A DNA stretch of 64,000 nt from Eledone cirrhosa (GCA_964016885.1 OZ024741.1:312728001-312792000); one strand, 5' to 3'; counted from the stretch's first letter, positions 25,401 to 38,724 are shown. The notes: a model not told the origin generated them from the letters alone. Numbers and translations: made by a program.

Positions 25401-27850
25401 GCGGGCCGGATCGAGGGATGGACTTTAGTGTCTACCTCGACGGACTGCCGCGGCTCTCCGCCACTGAGACGGAGTGTTGTGAAAATCCGATAACAGCCGC
25501 TGAAGTACGGGAGGCAATGAGTGGCTGTACAATGGGTAAATCACCTGGTTTGGATGGTCTGCACTATGAACTTTACGTACAAATGCCAGACTTGTTCGGA
25601 GGCCTCTTGGCGGACGTCTACTGCAACTGGCAACAGAACGGGAGAATTCCCAGCTCTGTGAGCCGAGGAGTGGTGGCGCTGCTGAGAAAGGATCCGAACA
25701 AGGGGGATAACATAGATAATTTTAGGCCCATAACTCTGCTAAACACAGAGTTCAAGATTTTGGCCAAGGTGCTGCAAAAAGGTTGGCGCTTGTCGTTGGT
25801 GGTCTGGTGGGAGAGGCACAGACATGCGCCATTCCCGACAGATCCATCCACGATAACCTCCACCTCATCCGATATATCGTAGAGAGGGTAGCTAGGGAAC
25901 CTGGCACGGGTGGGTCCTTGATCAATTTAGATCAGTCGAAAGCTTTCGATAGGGTCGACCATCGTTACCTAGCGGCAGTCCTGAGGGCGGCTGGCTTTGG
26001 GCCCTTCTTCAGAGGCTGGATCGCTCACATGCACAGCGACATCTGCTCTGTGGTGAGAGTTAACGGTCACATTTCGGAACCGTTCAACATCATGCGCTCG
26101 GTCCGCCAAGGATGTTCCCTGTCGTCCCTCTTGTACGTATTGGCTCTCGAGCCATTACTGCACAAACTGGAGACGTTAAGGGGGTCCTGTGCGAACTAGG
26201 ATGCGGAAGCTCCGTGTCAGCATATGCGGACGATGTCACCGTAGTGGTGTCGAACGCCAAACACATCGCGCCGATCGGCACCACACTAAGAGAATACGAA
26301 GCGGTGATACGAGCAATGATCAACCAGGAAAAGTCAGTGGGCCTGCAGCTCGGCAACTGGAGAGGCATGTCCATGCCGTCCAACAGCGTCGTCGAGCGCT
26401 GGACGGGCGGACCGGTTAAATTGCTAGGGATCTGGTTCGGTCCGGACCTCCAAACGGACAAAAACTGGGACGAGCTGACGAGCAGGGTGGCTTCTCTCAC
26501 ACAGAAATGGACGGATAGCAAGCTATCCCTGAAAGGTCGAGCGGAAGTGGCTAACGCGTACATGGCGTCCGTCATCTACTAACGCCTGACCATGGTACCT
26601 TGTCCTAAGCCCCGCCTGACTGCGCTGGACCGGTTGCACTTTCGCTTTTTATGGAAGGGACGCGCTCCGATGGTCAGGAGGTCCATCCGCTGTCAACACC
26701 CGCTACGTGGAGGGCTGGATATACTGTGGCTGATGATGCGCAGACACGCGCTCAGGCTACGATATCTCCACCTCTTCCTCGACGGTGATCAGGTGTGGTC
26801 GCCGTTTGCTAGACACGTATTTTCCCAGCTCGTCTCCTTTACGGAGCTGCAGTCCTGGGTCAAGCGAAGACCGAGAAGGAGCGGTTGGAGACTGGAATAT
26901 CTTCAGGCGCTCACAGCCCTCGACCTATCAGGCAATGTGATCGGTGGAAACTCCACCTTGGCTTTCTATAGATGATTAGTGGAAGGGAAGAGCGACGACG
27001 TACTTGGAGAAACTCTAGGCGTCGACGAAAATCAACTAGCCAATCTCTTCGGAAGAACTTTCGGGCCAGGGCCTATGGACAACTTCAAGAAATCCCTGGC
27101 CTGTCAGTGCTACCAAGGAGCTTTGCCAGTTCGGGATAAACTCTACAGGCATGGAGGTGCCGTCAGCCGGGCATGTCCGAGATGCGCTCAGGGCGACGAA
27201 ACCATCCTGCACGCACTCGTCCAGTGTCCGAGCATTGCTGACTTGTGGGTTTATGTCGAACACCTGCTGTCACGTGTAGGACGGATCCAGCTATCAGCTG
27301 AGTCCATCGTGAGGATTACCCCGCCCTCTTCCTTTAGCCGGGAAGGGCAGGCAGTTTTTATCTGTCTGGTGGACATGGCGAAAGAGATAGTATGGTGGAC
27401 ACGTTTGAAAGGGCTGAAGACGAGCACTTACCTCTTCGGTGATGCCCTGATTAACTTTTTCAAATTTCATTTGAAAAGGAAAATCAGAGTAGAGAGGGAA
27501 GTGCTCTCTTCCCAGCATTTTGTTGAAAGATGGGTGAGAGAAGCAAGTATGGCCCGTGTGAATGGGTCTACTCTAAGTATCTGTCTGTAAATTAAAGGTG
27601 AAAAACTGGGAGAGGGCACTTGCCCTGGTGGTCAGGGTCACTGTGGCCTTTTAATGGGCTTTCACTGTGGCCTTTTAATGGGCTACCTTCGGAAGTCTCC
27701 CCCCTATTGGGGAATTTTTCATTGTTATTTTTTTATTACATCCTCTGTTTTTTTTTACACGCAGAAATGCCCATTTGTACCGTCACGTATTGTCCTCTAC
27801 TGTCCTTAATATCTACTTTATGTAAACCCTTGTGGTTAATAATGCGAGCA
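22418..27850 (+). mobile_element. Tx1/L1-like retrotransposon family A, copy 1, full span, degenerate
   Basis: 5' end ggcgacctacgtagtaaatcg directly after (TTA)n. ORF1 (YGTVDVFF, Pro/Thr-rich tail), ORF2 from ATG 24175: APE (INARGL, AISET, YAP, YLDRVF, TDHK), RT (SPGLDG, KAFDRVDH, YADD), zf-RVT. Ends cttgtggttaataa..(ATT)n. Confidence 0.93.
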
Positions 27851-27853
27851 TTA

Positions 27854-27888
<35 letters not shown>

Positions 27889-27892
27889 ATAA

Positions 27893-28080
27893 GGGCAGTG
27901 GATTGGCAGTATCGGTTGAGGGTCGGACGCCATGCTTTCCAGCATAGTTACGTCTGTTTACGATCTGAGTTCAAATCCCGCCGAGGTTGATTCTGCCTTT
28001 CATCCTTACGGCGTCGATAAAATAATGTACCAGTAATGCACAGGCTATTTGCTGGCCTTGTGCCTAACGTAGTAACAATT
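27893..28080 (+). mobile_element. tRNA-derived SINE, copy 3
   Basis: A box at 27904-27915, B box at 27967-27978, (ATT)n tail. Confidence 0.9.
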
Positions 28081-28102
28081 ATTTATTATTATTATTATTA
28101 TT

Positions 28103-31100
28103 GTTTATTGAAGGTGAAGCCACGCTTCTTATTGCCTCCTGTTTTTTTTCAACACTCTACCTCGTTTTCAACCGTTCTAAACCTTTTATTCAAGTTTTAA
28201 ACTTAATAAAACTTTAGAAGTGACCCACCTAATACAGGGGTTCACTCGTAAATAATACTGCACCGCTTTCCGGGGTGTCGTATGTTGTAAAAATATTATT
28301 TGAAAAAAATTCCTTTCAACATGGAGAACACAAGAAAGCGAGAGAGTGCTGTCAGACAACACAGAGAGAGGGAGACTGTCAACATATCAACAAGACAGGG
28401 TTCCAGCGAAGGTAATTTTAAAAGAAAATATTACGAAGGAAAAGAGGAACAATAGCATTTTTAATGATATTGTTACAGATTTAAAATTACCAAATATTTC
28501 TAACACAAACAACACCAACAACAAGACAATCAATAACAACAGCAACAACAAAAATAACAGTGGTAAGGTGGAGAACGACTATAACAATGACAATAACAAC
28601 AGCCACAACAACAATAATAGTAGGAACAGTATCAACAAAAAACAACAATAATAACAACAGCCACAATAACAGTAACAACAACAACAGTATGAACGAAAAC
28701 AACAACAGCAACAACAGTACCAACGATGACATCAACAATGACATCGATACCTGTAACAGTGATCTCAGCACCACCAGCAAGATCAGTAGCGGCAGCAATA
28801 GTGGTGCTGCTGAAAAGGGGACCACTTCTTTTGCAGGAGTCGCCCGAAATATCGAAACAGTGTTAGTCAGTGAGGCGGAGATGGCAGTCGCAAGTGCCAT
28901 GGTGACAAGAAACGCCAATAGAGTTTCCTTGAAACCTCCACCCAATTTTTTCAAGGACCAGCAGCTACGGTCGGTGACTTACCGCACCGTAAGCAAAATA
29001 TCACATGGGGTGGAGAGAGCCACAGAGGCTCAAATCCAAAAGGCCTTGGGGTGCGTCTGAGCACGCAAAACCCACATCACCCGAGACAGAAAGTACGTCA
29101 CAGTAGACGTACTTTACTCCTCCCCTCAAGAAGCGAAGTCTCACCTTTTGGAAACCCTAAAGAGTGAGGAGATAGTCGTGGTGCCCTCCTACTGCGGGCA
29201 GAAAATTGTGAGGGTCAACTTGGCTGGCCGCGTCTGTCTTTGCTGGAATCGAGGACAGGACGACCATGCTGCTAGTAGAGAAAATAGGGAGAGAGAACTG
29301 GTCAGGTATAGGCATGCAAATGCTTATACAAACTGACCAGGAACGTATCGACGCTATACCCGATATCGTAAACCTCGAGGAAGGACTCCAACTCCCTATA
29401 AGTGAGAAGGTATACGGCCAAAATGTTATCTCTGTGGGTCAAAGGGTCACCGCAGGGCCTTTTGCACGAAGAAGACAGCGAAGTAGAATGCCCCTCTCCT
29501 TCCAATACCTGGTCCGCTGCTACCAAGAGCAGGGCAGGCAACAAACGCAGAAGCCCCTTCCACGGTGAGTAGGAGGGCAACGTCCGTGGAACCCGTACCA
29601 AGGCCACGGACAACTAAAGCAGCAGCGTCAGTAGCGGCAACACCAGTAGCAACACCAGCAACAAAATCGACGGAGAGGGCTCCACTACCACCACCAACAG
29701 CTGTGGAGCACATACCCCTCCCAGACGCCACGAAATCCGACATGGAGTCTGAGGCGGGAGTGAGGTGGCAAACGGTCTGCCACAAAAAAAAGAAAAAACT
29801 AAAACCCCTTAGCTTCACCTCCAAAAGCGAAGGCACACAAAGAGGGGTAAAGGCTGCAAGGAGACTTACAGCAACATCACCACCAACACCATCACCACTA
29901 CAAGCACCACCGCCAACAACAACCACACCAGCACCAGCATCACTAAAGACACCAACAACGCAAACACAAAAAAACATACACACCCAACAGCAACAAGAAG
30001 AAAACAGCAACAAAATCACCCCTCTCCCCAAAAAACTACACAGCCATAATCATGGCAAATAAAGAACTCATACAATATATAAAGCAGCACACAGAAAATA
30101 CTACTACACTCCACCAACACCAAGAACTCCTCCGACAAACATAAGTATCATTGAAATCAAAATAGAACAGTACAAACTTTTAAAACAAAAATTGCCCAAC
30201 CCAGTTGGAGACTTCGGAGGGTCAGTTACCAAGAGGATATACACTGACATCCACTTGGAAACCCCCATGACCAGCCAAAGGGACGGTTCTACTGTCCATT
30301 CACCACACGATCAAGGTAAGTGACCCTTTCTCACTTGACCCGTTTCTCATCCAACATGGCCGTTCTTAGAATAGGCAGTATAAATGCACGTGGCCTGGGA
30401 TCATCTTGGAAGCAGGGTCACCTGCTCAACGACCTCAGTTCAATAAACATAGATGTGGTGGCCATCAGCAAGACCAGAATCTCCGAAGCACGAGCCTTCG
30501 CACCAATCTTCGGCGGCTACGATGTATACGCATCTCCCAACCGTCCTTTTTCGGAGAGGCTTGGATCTCGCCATACGGACCATTTTCTTGGACCCAGAAG
30601 GTAATTCGGTGGTGCTGGACGTGACCGGCAGCGAAGGCAATGCTTTCAGGCTAGTAGCCGTCTACGCCCCAACTGGGCAGGACGGTTAGTTTTCTTCAGA
30701 CGTCTAGAGACCGTTCTTGGAACGTCCCGCTCTTTAGTGTTAGTGGGCGACTGGAACGGCATCTTGGATGCCCGCTGGGATTGTGTGGGGATAGTGGATA
30801 GGGGAGGAGGGTGCAAGAGCCTCACCAACCTGATCAGACGCTTTGAACTGTCTGACAGATATCGACTGGATTACCCAAATGTGCCAATGTGGACAGGGAC
30901 AAATTGTATCGGGTCATCCAGATCGTATCTCGATAGGGTATTCTGCAGGGAACTAGATAAGGCTATTATAATTCGTCCACAATTTAAAGTAGTCGACTAC
31001 ACAGACCACAAATTTGTGATCTGTGAGATCGGCATAGACAAACTTCATAGACAAGGACCCGGTTACTGGAATCTGAACGCGTCTTTCCCGGCGCGCAAGC

Positions 31101-33873
31101 CTATAGAGACCGGATTAGCGTATTATTTAAGCGGGCGTTGACGGGAGCGGTCGTCAACAACAGGTGGTGGTTCGCCCTGAAAAGGGCAATTAAAGTAGAG
31201 TCGATTAGTTTTAGCAACGGACAAGTGATAGAGTAAAATAGAATAGAGGCAGAGCTAGTCAGAAAGCTAGAAGAGGCATTTAGGACAGGCATCGCAACCG
31301 ACGTGCTTGCGGCTAGTTTGGCACTCGACCAATTCTTCAACGCAAAACACGAAGGCTGCGTTGTCAGATCTAGACACGTGCTCTGAAACACGAGGGAACA
31401 AAAGCCGCCTAATGGGCTTGGGTGGGAGAGGCGCGACGTGGCAAAAAAGCCACAATTCGGTCTTTATCTGACCAAAACGGGCGCGTGTTACTCGAAACCG
31501 AGCAGATGTGTGAGGCTTTTCAGCAGCACTTTGCTGAACTGTCGGGAGCAGCGGCGAACCGGATCGGGGTATGGACTTCAGTGCATACCTCAACAGTGTT
31601 GTGAAAAGCCAATAACAGCCGGTGAAATAGGGGAAGCGATGGGTAACTGCACGAGGGGTAAATCGACAGGTTTGGAGGGTCTGCCCTACGAGCTTTATGC
31701 ATTTATGCCAAAGTTCTTCGGTGACCTCTTGGCAGACGTCTACCGCAACTGGCAGCAGAACGGGAGCTTTCCCAGTTTTGTGAGCCGGGGAGCAGTGGGG
31801 AGCAGTGGCGCTGCTTAGAAAAGACCCGAACAAGAGGGATGTTATCGATAATTTCAGGCCTATAACCCTGCAAAAAGCAGAGTACAAGATTTTGGCCAAA
31901 GTGTTAGCAACGAGGTTGGCGCTTGTCGTCAAGGGTCTGGTGGGAGAGGCGCAGACATGCGCCATTCCGGCCAGATCCATACACGACAACCTCCACCTCA
32001 TGCGATACATCGTAGAGAGGGTGGTTAAGGAACCTGGCACGGGTTGGAACCTGATCTACTTGGATCAATCCTAAGTATTCGATAGGGTCGACCATCGGTA
32101 CCTGGCGGCAGTCCTCGAGGCAGCCGGTTTCGGGCCTGTTTTCCGGGTTGGATCGCTGCGATGTACAGCGACATTTGGTCAGGTGTGAGGGTGAACGGTC
32201 ACCTGCCGCAGCCGTTCAGCATCATGCGTTCGGTCCGCCAGGGTTGTCCCCACTCGTCCCTCCTGTACGTGTTGGCTCTCGAGCCGTTACTGCACAAACT
32301 GGGGGCGATGAGGGGCGTCCCATGAGAACTAGGATGCGGGAAATCCGAGTCGACTTACGCCGACGACGTCACCATGCTGGTGTCGAGTACCAGACACGTC
32401 CAGATGCTCGGCACCGCTCTCAAGGAATACGAAGCGGTGACAGAAGCAAAGATAAACCAGAAAAAGTCGGTGGGCTTGCAGCTCGGCACCTGGAGACGCA
32501 AGTCCATGCCGTCCGACAGCGTCGTGGGGCGTTGGACGGACGGACTGGTCAAATTGCTCGGGGCCTGGTTCGGACCGGACCTCCAGATGGAGAAAAACTG
32601 GAGCGAGGTGACGAGCAGCGTGGCCTCTATCACCCAGAAATGTGCCGAGAGAAAGTGGTCCCTGAAAGGCCGAGCGGAGGTGGTGAATGCGTACATCGCA
32701 TCCGTCACCTGCTACTGCCTCACCGTCGTCCCTTGCCCGGTCCCAACTCTCACCAAAATGGAGTCCTCGTCTTCCGCTTTTTGTGGAAGGGACGCCCTCC
32801 CATGGTCAGACGATCCATCTGTTGTCAACACCCGTTGCGTTGAGGACTGGGCATGCCATGGCTGATGATGCGCAAACATGCGCTGAGGCTGCGACGCCTC
32901 TGGTGCTTCCTTGACGGTGAACAGGTGTGGTAGCCGTTCACCAGGCACGTTTTCCCACAGCTCGTCTCCTTGACGGAGCTGCAGTCCTGGGTCAGGAAAA
33001 GACCGACGGATAGCGCTTGGAAACTGGATGTCTCCAGGCACTCACTACCCTCTGCCAGCTGGGCACCAGTATCGGTGGAACATTCATCTCGGCGTTCTAT
33101 AAAGCGACGATGTTCTCGGAGAGATCCTAGGCGTCGAAGAAGATCAGCTGTTTGCTCTCTTCCCGAGAACATTCAGACCAGGGCTTATGGATAACTTCCA
33201 AAAATACCTGGCCTGGCAGTGCTACCGGGGGCGTTGTCGGTTCGAGATAAGCTCTACAGGCACGGATGTTCCGTCAGCCGAGCCTGTTCGAGATGCAGCC
33301 AGAGCGACTAAACCGTCCTGCACGCACTCGTTCAGTGCCCGAGCATTGGTGACTTGTGGAGCTCCGTCAAACAGTTGCTGTCGCGTGTAGGACTCATCCG
33401 GTTATCGAATGAATCCATCGTGCAGATGGTCTCGACGTCTTCCTTCGAGGAGGAATGGCAGTCTGTTTTCATCTGCCTGGAGGCCATGGCCAAAAAGATT
33501 ATGTGGTGGACAAATTTGAAGGTGTTAAAGACAGACGAGAATGGTCCGAGAGAACGGGACCGCTCTGAATATACGTCTGTAGTTTGAGAGATGGAAAAAT
33601 TAAGAGAGGGCGCTTGCCTTGGTGGTCAGGGTGGCCATAGTCTTTTGTCTGGTTTTCCTCACGAGTAACCCTAGGAGGTTTCCCCCCTATTGGGGAATTT
33701 GTAATTGTTTCAATTTTCATTGTTATTGTTTATATATATATGTTTCTATGTCTTTTTCTTTTTCTTTTCTTATATAAATAATAAAAATCTTTAAACGCAC
33801 AAAACCCACATCGTACCGTCCTGTGTAGTCTGTAATGTTTTTCTTGATGTCACTCCTTGTGGCCAATAAAGGA
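28103..33873 (+). mobile_element. Tx1-B, full span, degenerate
   Basis: ORF1 from ATG 28321 with Asn-rich region, SFAGVA and CYLCGSKGH knuckle. ORF2 from ATG 30356 with APE, RT (YADD) and zf-RVT. Ends ccttgtggccaataaagga(ATT)n. Confidence 0.92.
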
Positions 33874-33923
<50 letters not shown>

Positions 33924-33926
33924 CAT

Positions 33927-36900
33927 TTTTGAATGCCATGGTTGACGGAGGCTCGGGTCTGTAAGGTATAGTAATTTTTAACCGCTATAACAATTGTAAA
34001 TTGTTTAAAACTTTTACCAAATTGTAGATAAAATCACCCTACTCCTCGTGAGAGGGGTCTTTCTGCCCGTTATTTGGCCCTTCGGGGTTAAATAACCGCT
34101 TATTGGGGTTTTGTGCCCAATATTCATTTCAAACCAAAAACAAAACATGGCTACAAAAAAGAATTTTCACAAGTCACTCCCACTCATTCCGTCTTCTTGT
34201 TCGTCAATCGTCACTACATCAGAGAGACGATTGTCTGTCTCCCTCCCTTCTCTAAATGTGGTGTCGCCTCTTTCGCAAGCGACACCATTAAAGAAAAAGA
34301 AAAATATAGTTTCTGATAGCTTTCACCAAGAGCACGTGCATACCGTGGAACATTTCTCCATGACGACAACGACGAAAAATGTGTGCGGTAAATACGGAAA
34401 GCCATTTCATTCGTCTGACGTCATGAAGAATAGCAGTAGCAGCCGTAATAACAGCAACAGCAGCATCAGTGACAAGGAAAACACTAGTAGTAGCCGCAAC
34501 AACATCAGCAGCAGCATAAACAACAACAACAGCAGCAGCATCAGTAACAACAACAACAACCACAGCAACAGCGGAGGCGGTGGTCGTAGTACCAGCAGCA
34601 ACAACAAAAGTAACAGCAGCTCTGACGACAACAACAACAACAACAACAAAGAAAAACCAATCTCGTTTGCAGGTATCGCAAAGAACCTGGAAACCATCCT
34701 TATAACAAATGAGGAATTACAGGAAGCAAAGGAGATGGTGACGAAAATCGGACACCGTGCAATCTGCAAGGCAGTAAGCACAAAATCACGTAGGGTTGAA
34801 AGAGCCACAGAGGCTCAAATACAAAATGCCTTAGGGTCTGTATGGCAGCGGAAAACGCATCTCACCCGAGGCAAGAAATATGCCACCGTGGACGTGTTTT
34901 TTGCCACACCTCAGGAGGCAAAGGCTCAATCCTTAGTGACCCTAAGGAGCGAGGAATGATGGTGTTGGTGCACTCCTACTGCGGGCAAAAAATTGTGAGG
35001 ATCAAACTGACCCACGTCCCCCCTCCCGGGATGGCCTCTTCTTGGCTTTCCGCGTCTGTCCTCTTCGGAATCGAGGACAAAACAACTGTACTACAAGTAC
35101 AGAAAAAAGTACGAGAAGATTGGGTTGGCACCTCCATTGAGATGCTAATCCAAACCAACCAGGAGTGCATCGAAGCTATCCCTGTTGTGATAGACTTCGA
35201 TAACGGCACTAAACTGCCCATAAGTGTTGAGGGCAAACGCCCGAAATGCTTTCGCTGTGGATCGAAGAATCACTTCAGGGCCTTCTGCAATGAGAAGACC
35301 CTGAGAAAGGAGAAAATCCCCCTCCTTCCGAAACCGGCTCCACTGCTACCAGCAACAGGACAGGCGGCAACCAGGAAGGATAGGTCCGGAGCACCCATAC
35401 CCACGCCACGGAAATCAAGAACAGCAGCAGCAGTGGAGGTATTACTAACAACAACAGTAATACCAACTGCAGCTGCAACAGAGACTCCACTGCAAACATC
35501 ACCAACAACAACAAGTCAAAGAGTGGAGCTGGTACCCCTCCCCGACCTCACAGAATCGGACATGGAGTGTGAGGTGGGGGAGGGATGACAAAAGGTCGCA
35601 ATAAGGCACAAACGCAGAAGCAGCGCATCGTCGCCTGCGAAAAGGGAGGAAATAAATGAAAAAAGCGTAAAGGCTACTGCAAAGAGTCTTACAGCAGCAA
35701 CAGCACCAACACCATCACCACCCACACTAGCACCACCATCACCAGCGGCGGCAACCCCACCGCCAACAATAACAACACCTTCAACACCACCACCACATGC
35801 ACCAACATCGCAAACACAACAAAACATACACAGCCAGCAACAACGACAAGAAAATAGCAGTTCCACTCCCCACCCCCAGAAAAACAGATGCACAGCAATA
35901 AATACAAACAACAAAAACCTAGTCACTTACATAATTGAACACACAGACATTTCACAGCACGACTACATAATACCAGCACCAATCAAAACACCAACAAACA
36001 TAAGACTGGTAATAGCACAGAAACAATACACAAACATTAAAATGAAATTCGCCAACGCAGTTGGTGATTTCAGAGACCTAGGACACTCAACCGGAGAGTA
36101 TATTCGGATATACTCACAGAAGAGCCGACGACCAGCCGAAGGGACGATTCAACGGTCCCTTCACCAGACGATCAAGTTAAAAGGGATGGAGAAACCATCC
36201 TTCCTCTACGAGAAGTAAGGTAAGTGGTCTTTCTCATCTTTTCCACTCAATTTCAACATGACCTCACTCAGAATAGGCAGCATAAATGCGCGTGGTTTGG
36301 GGTCGTCATAGGTAAAGGGCCACTTGCTCAACGACCTCAGATCACTGAACATAGATGTAGTGGCCAACAGCGAGATCAGAATCTCCGGAGAACGGGCCTT
36401 CGCACCGATCTTCGGCGGCTACGATGTGTACGCATCTCCCAGCCGTCCTGGATCGGGGGGAAGAGTTGCTGTGATTTTTCGGAAAGGTTTGGATCTCGCC
36501 AAACGGGCCATCTTCCTGGACCCAGAAGGTAAGAAGAGACGGGCAAGCTTTCAGGCTAGTGGCTGTCTATGTCCCGACAGGAGCAGGGCGGCCCGATTTC
36601 TTCTGGCGTCTGGAGAACTTTCTAGGAACGTCCCGCTCTTTAGTGTTATTGGGAGATTGGAACGGGATCTTAGATGCACACTGGGATGTGTGGGATTAGC
36701 TGATAGGGGAGGAGGGTGCAAGAGCATCACCAACCTGCTCAGACGTTTTGAACTGTTTGACAGGTACCGATTGAATTTCCCGAATGTGCCAATGTGGACT
36801 TGGTCAAATCGCATAGGGTCATCCAGATCATATCTAGATAGAGTATTTTGTAGGGAAATAGATAGGTCTAGCATAGGCTGTCCACAATTCAAGATAGTCA

Positions 36901-38558
36901 GTTACACGGACCACAAATTCGTGATCTGTGTGCTTGACTTAGATAGGCTTCATAGACCAGGACCCGGCTACTGGAATTTAAACGCTTCCTTACCAGCGCG
37001 CAAGACCTACAGAGGCCGGATTAGCGAACTAGTTAAGCGGCCGTTGCGGGGCCCATCGTCAACAACAAGTGGTAGTTTGCTATGAAAAGAGCCATTAGAA
37101 TAGAGTCCATAGGTTTAGTAAGGCTTTTTTGGCCCTTGACCAATTCTTCAATGAAAAGCACGAAGGCTGCGTTGTCAGAGCTAGGGTGCGTGCTCTCAGA
37201 CACGAGGGGACGAAAGCCGTTCAATGGGCCCGAGTGGCGCAGGCGCGCCATGGCAACAAAGCCACTATGCGGTCTTTGGTGGACCAGGACGGGCGCATGC
37301 TACTCGATCCCGGGAATATGTGTGAAGCTTTTCAGCGACACTTCGCACAGCTGTTCCGGGGCAGCGGCGAGCTTCCCTCTTGTACGTATTGACTCTCGAG
37401 CCATTACTGCACAAACTGGAGACGTTGAGGGGGGTCCCGCGCGAACTAGGATGTGGAAGATCCGTGTCACCATATGCGGAAGATGTCACCGTGGTGGTGT
37501 CGAACGCCAAACACATCGAGGCGATCGGCACTACACTAAGAGTATACGAAGCGGTGACAGCAGCGATGATCAACGAGGAAAAGTCAGTGGGCCTGCAGCT
37601 CGGCACCTTGAGAGGCAGGTCCATGCCGACCAACAGCGTCGTCGGGCGCTGGACGGACGGACCGGTTAAATTGCTACGTGTCTGGTTCGGTCCGGACCTC
37701 CAGACGGACAAAAATTTGGACAAAAAATGGGCGGAGAGGAAGCTATCCCTAAAAGGTCGAGCGGAGGTGGCTAACGCGTACATCGCGTCCGTCATCTACA
37801 ATCGCCTGACCGTCGTACCTTGTCCTTAGCCCCACCTGACTGCGCTGGAGCGTATGCTCTTTCGCTTTTTGTGGAAGGGACGCGCTCCGATGGTCAGGCG
37901 GTCCATCTGCTGTCAACTCCCGCTACGTGGAGGGTTGGGCATGCCGTGGCTGATGATGAGCAGACATGCGATCAGGCTACGACATCTCCACCTCTTCCTC
38001 GACGGTGATCAGGTGTGGTCGCCGTTTGCTAGACGCGTCTTTCCCCAGTTCATCTCCTTGATGGAGCTGCAGTCCTGGGTCAAGCGAAGACCGAGTGGGA
38101 GCGCTTGGAGACTGGAATGTCTGGTGGCCATGGCGAAAGAGATACTATGGTGGACACGTTCGAAAGGACTGAAGACGAACAGTTACCTCTTCGGTGATGC
38201 CCTGATTATCTTTTTCAAATTTTATTTGAAAAGGAAAATCTTGTTGAAAGATGGGTGAGAGAAGCAAGTATGGCTCGAGTGAATGGGCCTACTCTGAGTA
38301 TGTGTCTGTAACTTAAAGGTGGAAAACTGGGAGAGGGCACTTGCTCTGGTGGTCAGGGTCACTATGGCCTTTCAATGGGCTGTCTCCACAAATGTTCCTC
38401 GGAAGTCTCCCCCCTATTGGGGAATTTTCATTGTTGCTTTTTTATTACATCCTCTGTTTTATTTACACGCAGAAATGCCCATTTGTACCGTCCTGTATTG
38501 TCCTGTACTGTCCTTAATGTCTACTATATGTAAACCCATGTGGTTAATAAAGAAAGCA
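33927..38558 (+). mobile_element. Chimeric Tx1: distinct ORF1 (family C) joined to a Tx1-A ORF2, with internal deletions
   Basis: ORF1 with CFRCGSKNHFRAFC (CX2CX4HX4C). From 36177 onward nearly identical to Tx1-A including the 3' UTR. Deletions near 37370 and 38120. Confidence 0.9.
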
Positions 38559-38573
38559 TTATTATTATTAATA

Positions 38574-38702
38574 TAGTTGCATTTATCTTGCTTTATGTTC
38601 ATACGAGTTATCACCAAGTCACAACCAGTGACCTCAAGAGACAACAAGGTTCGCCATGTTCAAGAAAGAAGATACATACACACACATGCATCTTTAGGTG
38701 TT
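38574..38702 (-). mobile_element. Dong-B 3' UTR-only fragment
   Basis: Matches 15958-16086. Confidence 0.9.
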
Positions 38703-38724
38703 TTATTATTATTATTATTATTAT

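Noticed and set aside
22383-27890. Target-site duplications for Tx1 and Dong insertions
   Set aside because: Both flanks are microsatellite, so TSD length cannot be determined.
27893-27985. tRNA gene
   Set aside because: A and B boxes are present, but I could not form a convincing cloverleaf. It continues into a SINE body and tail found in four copies.
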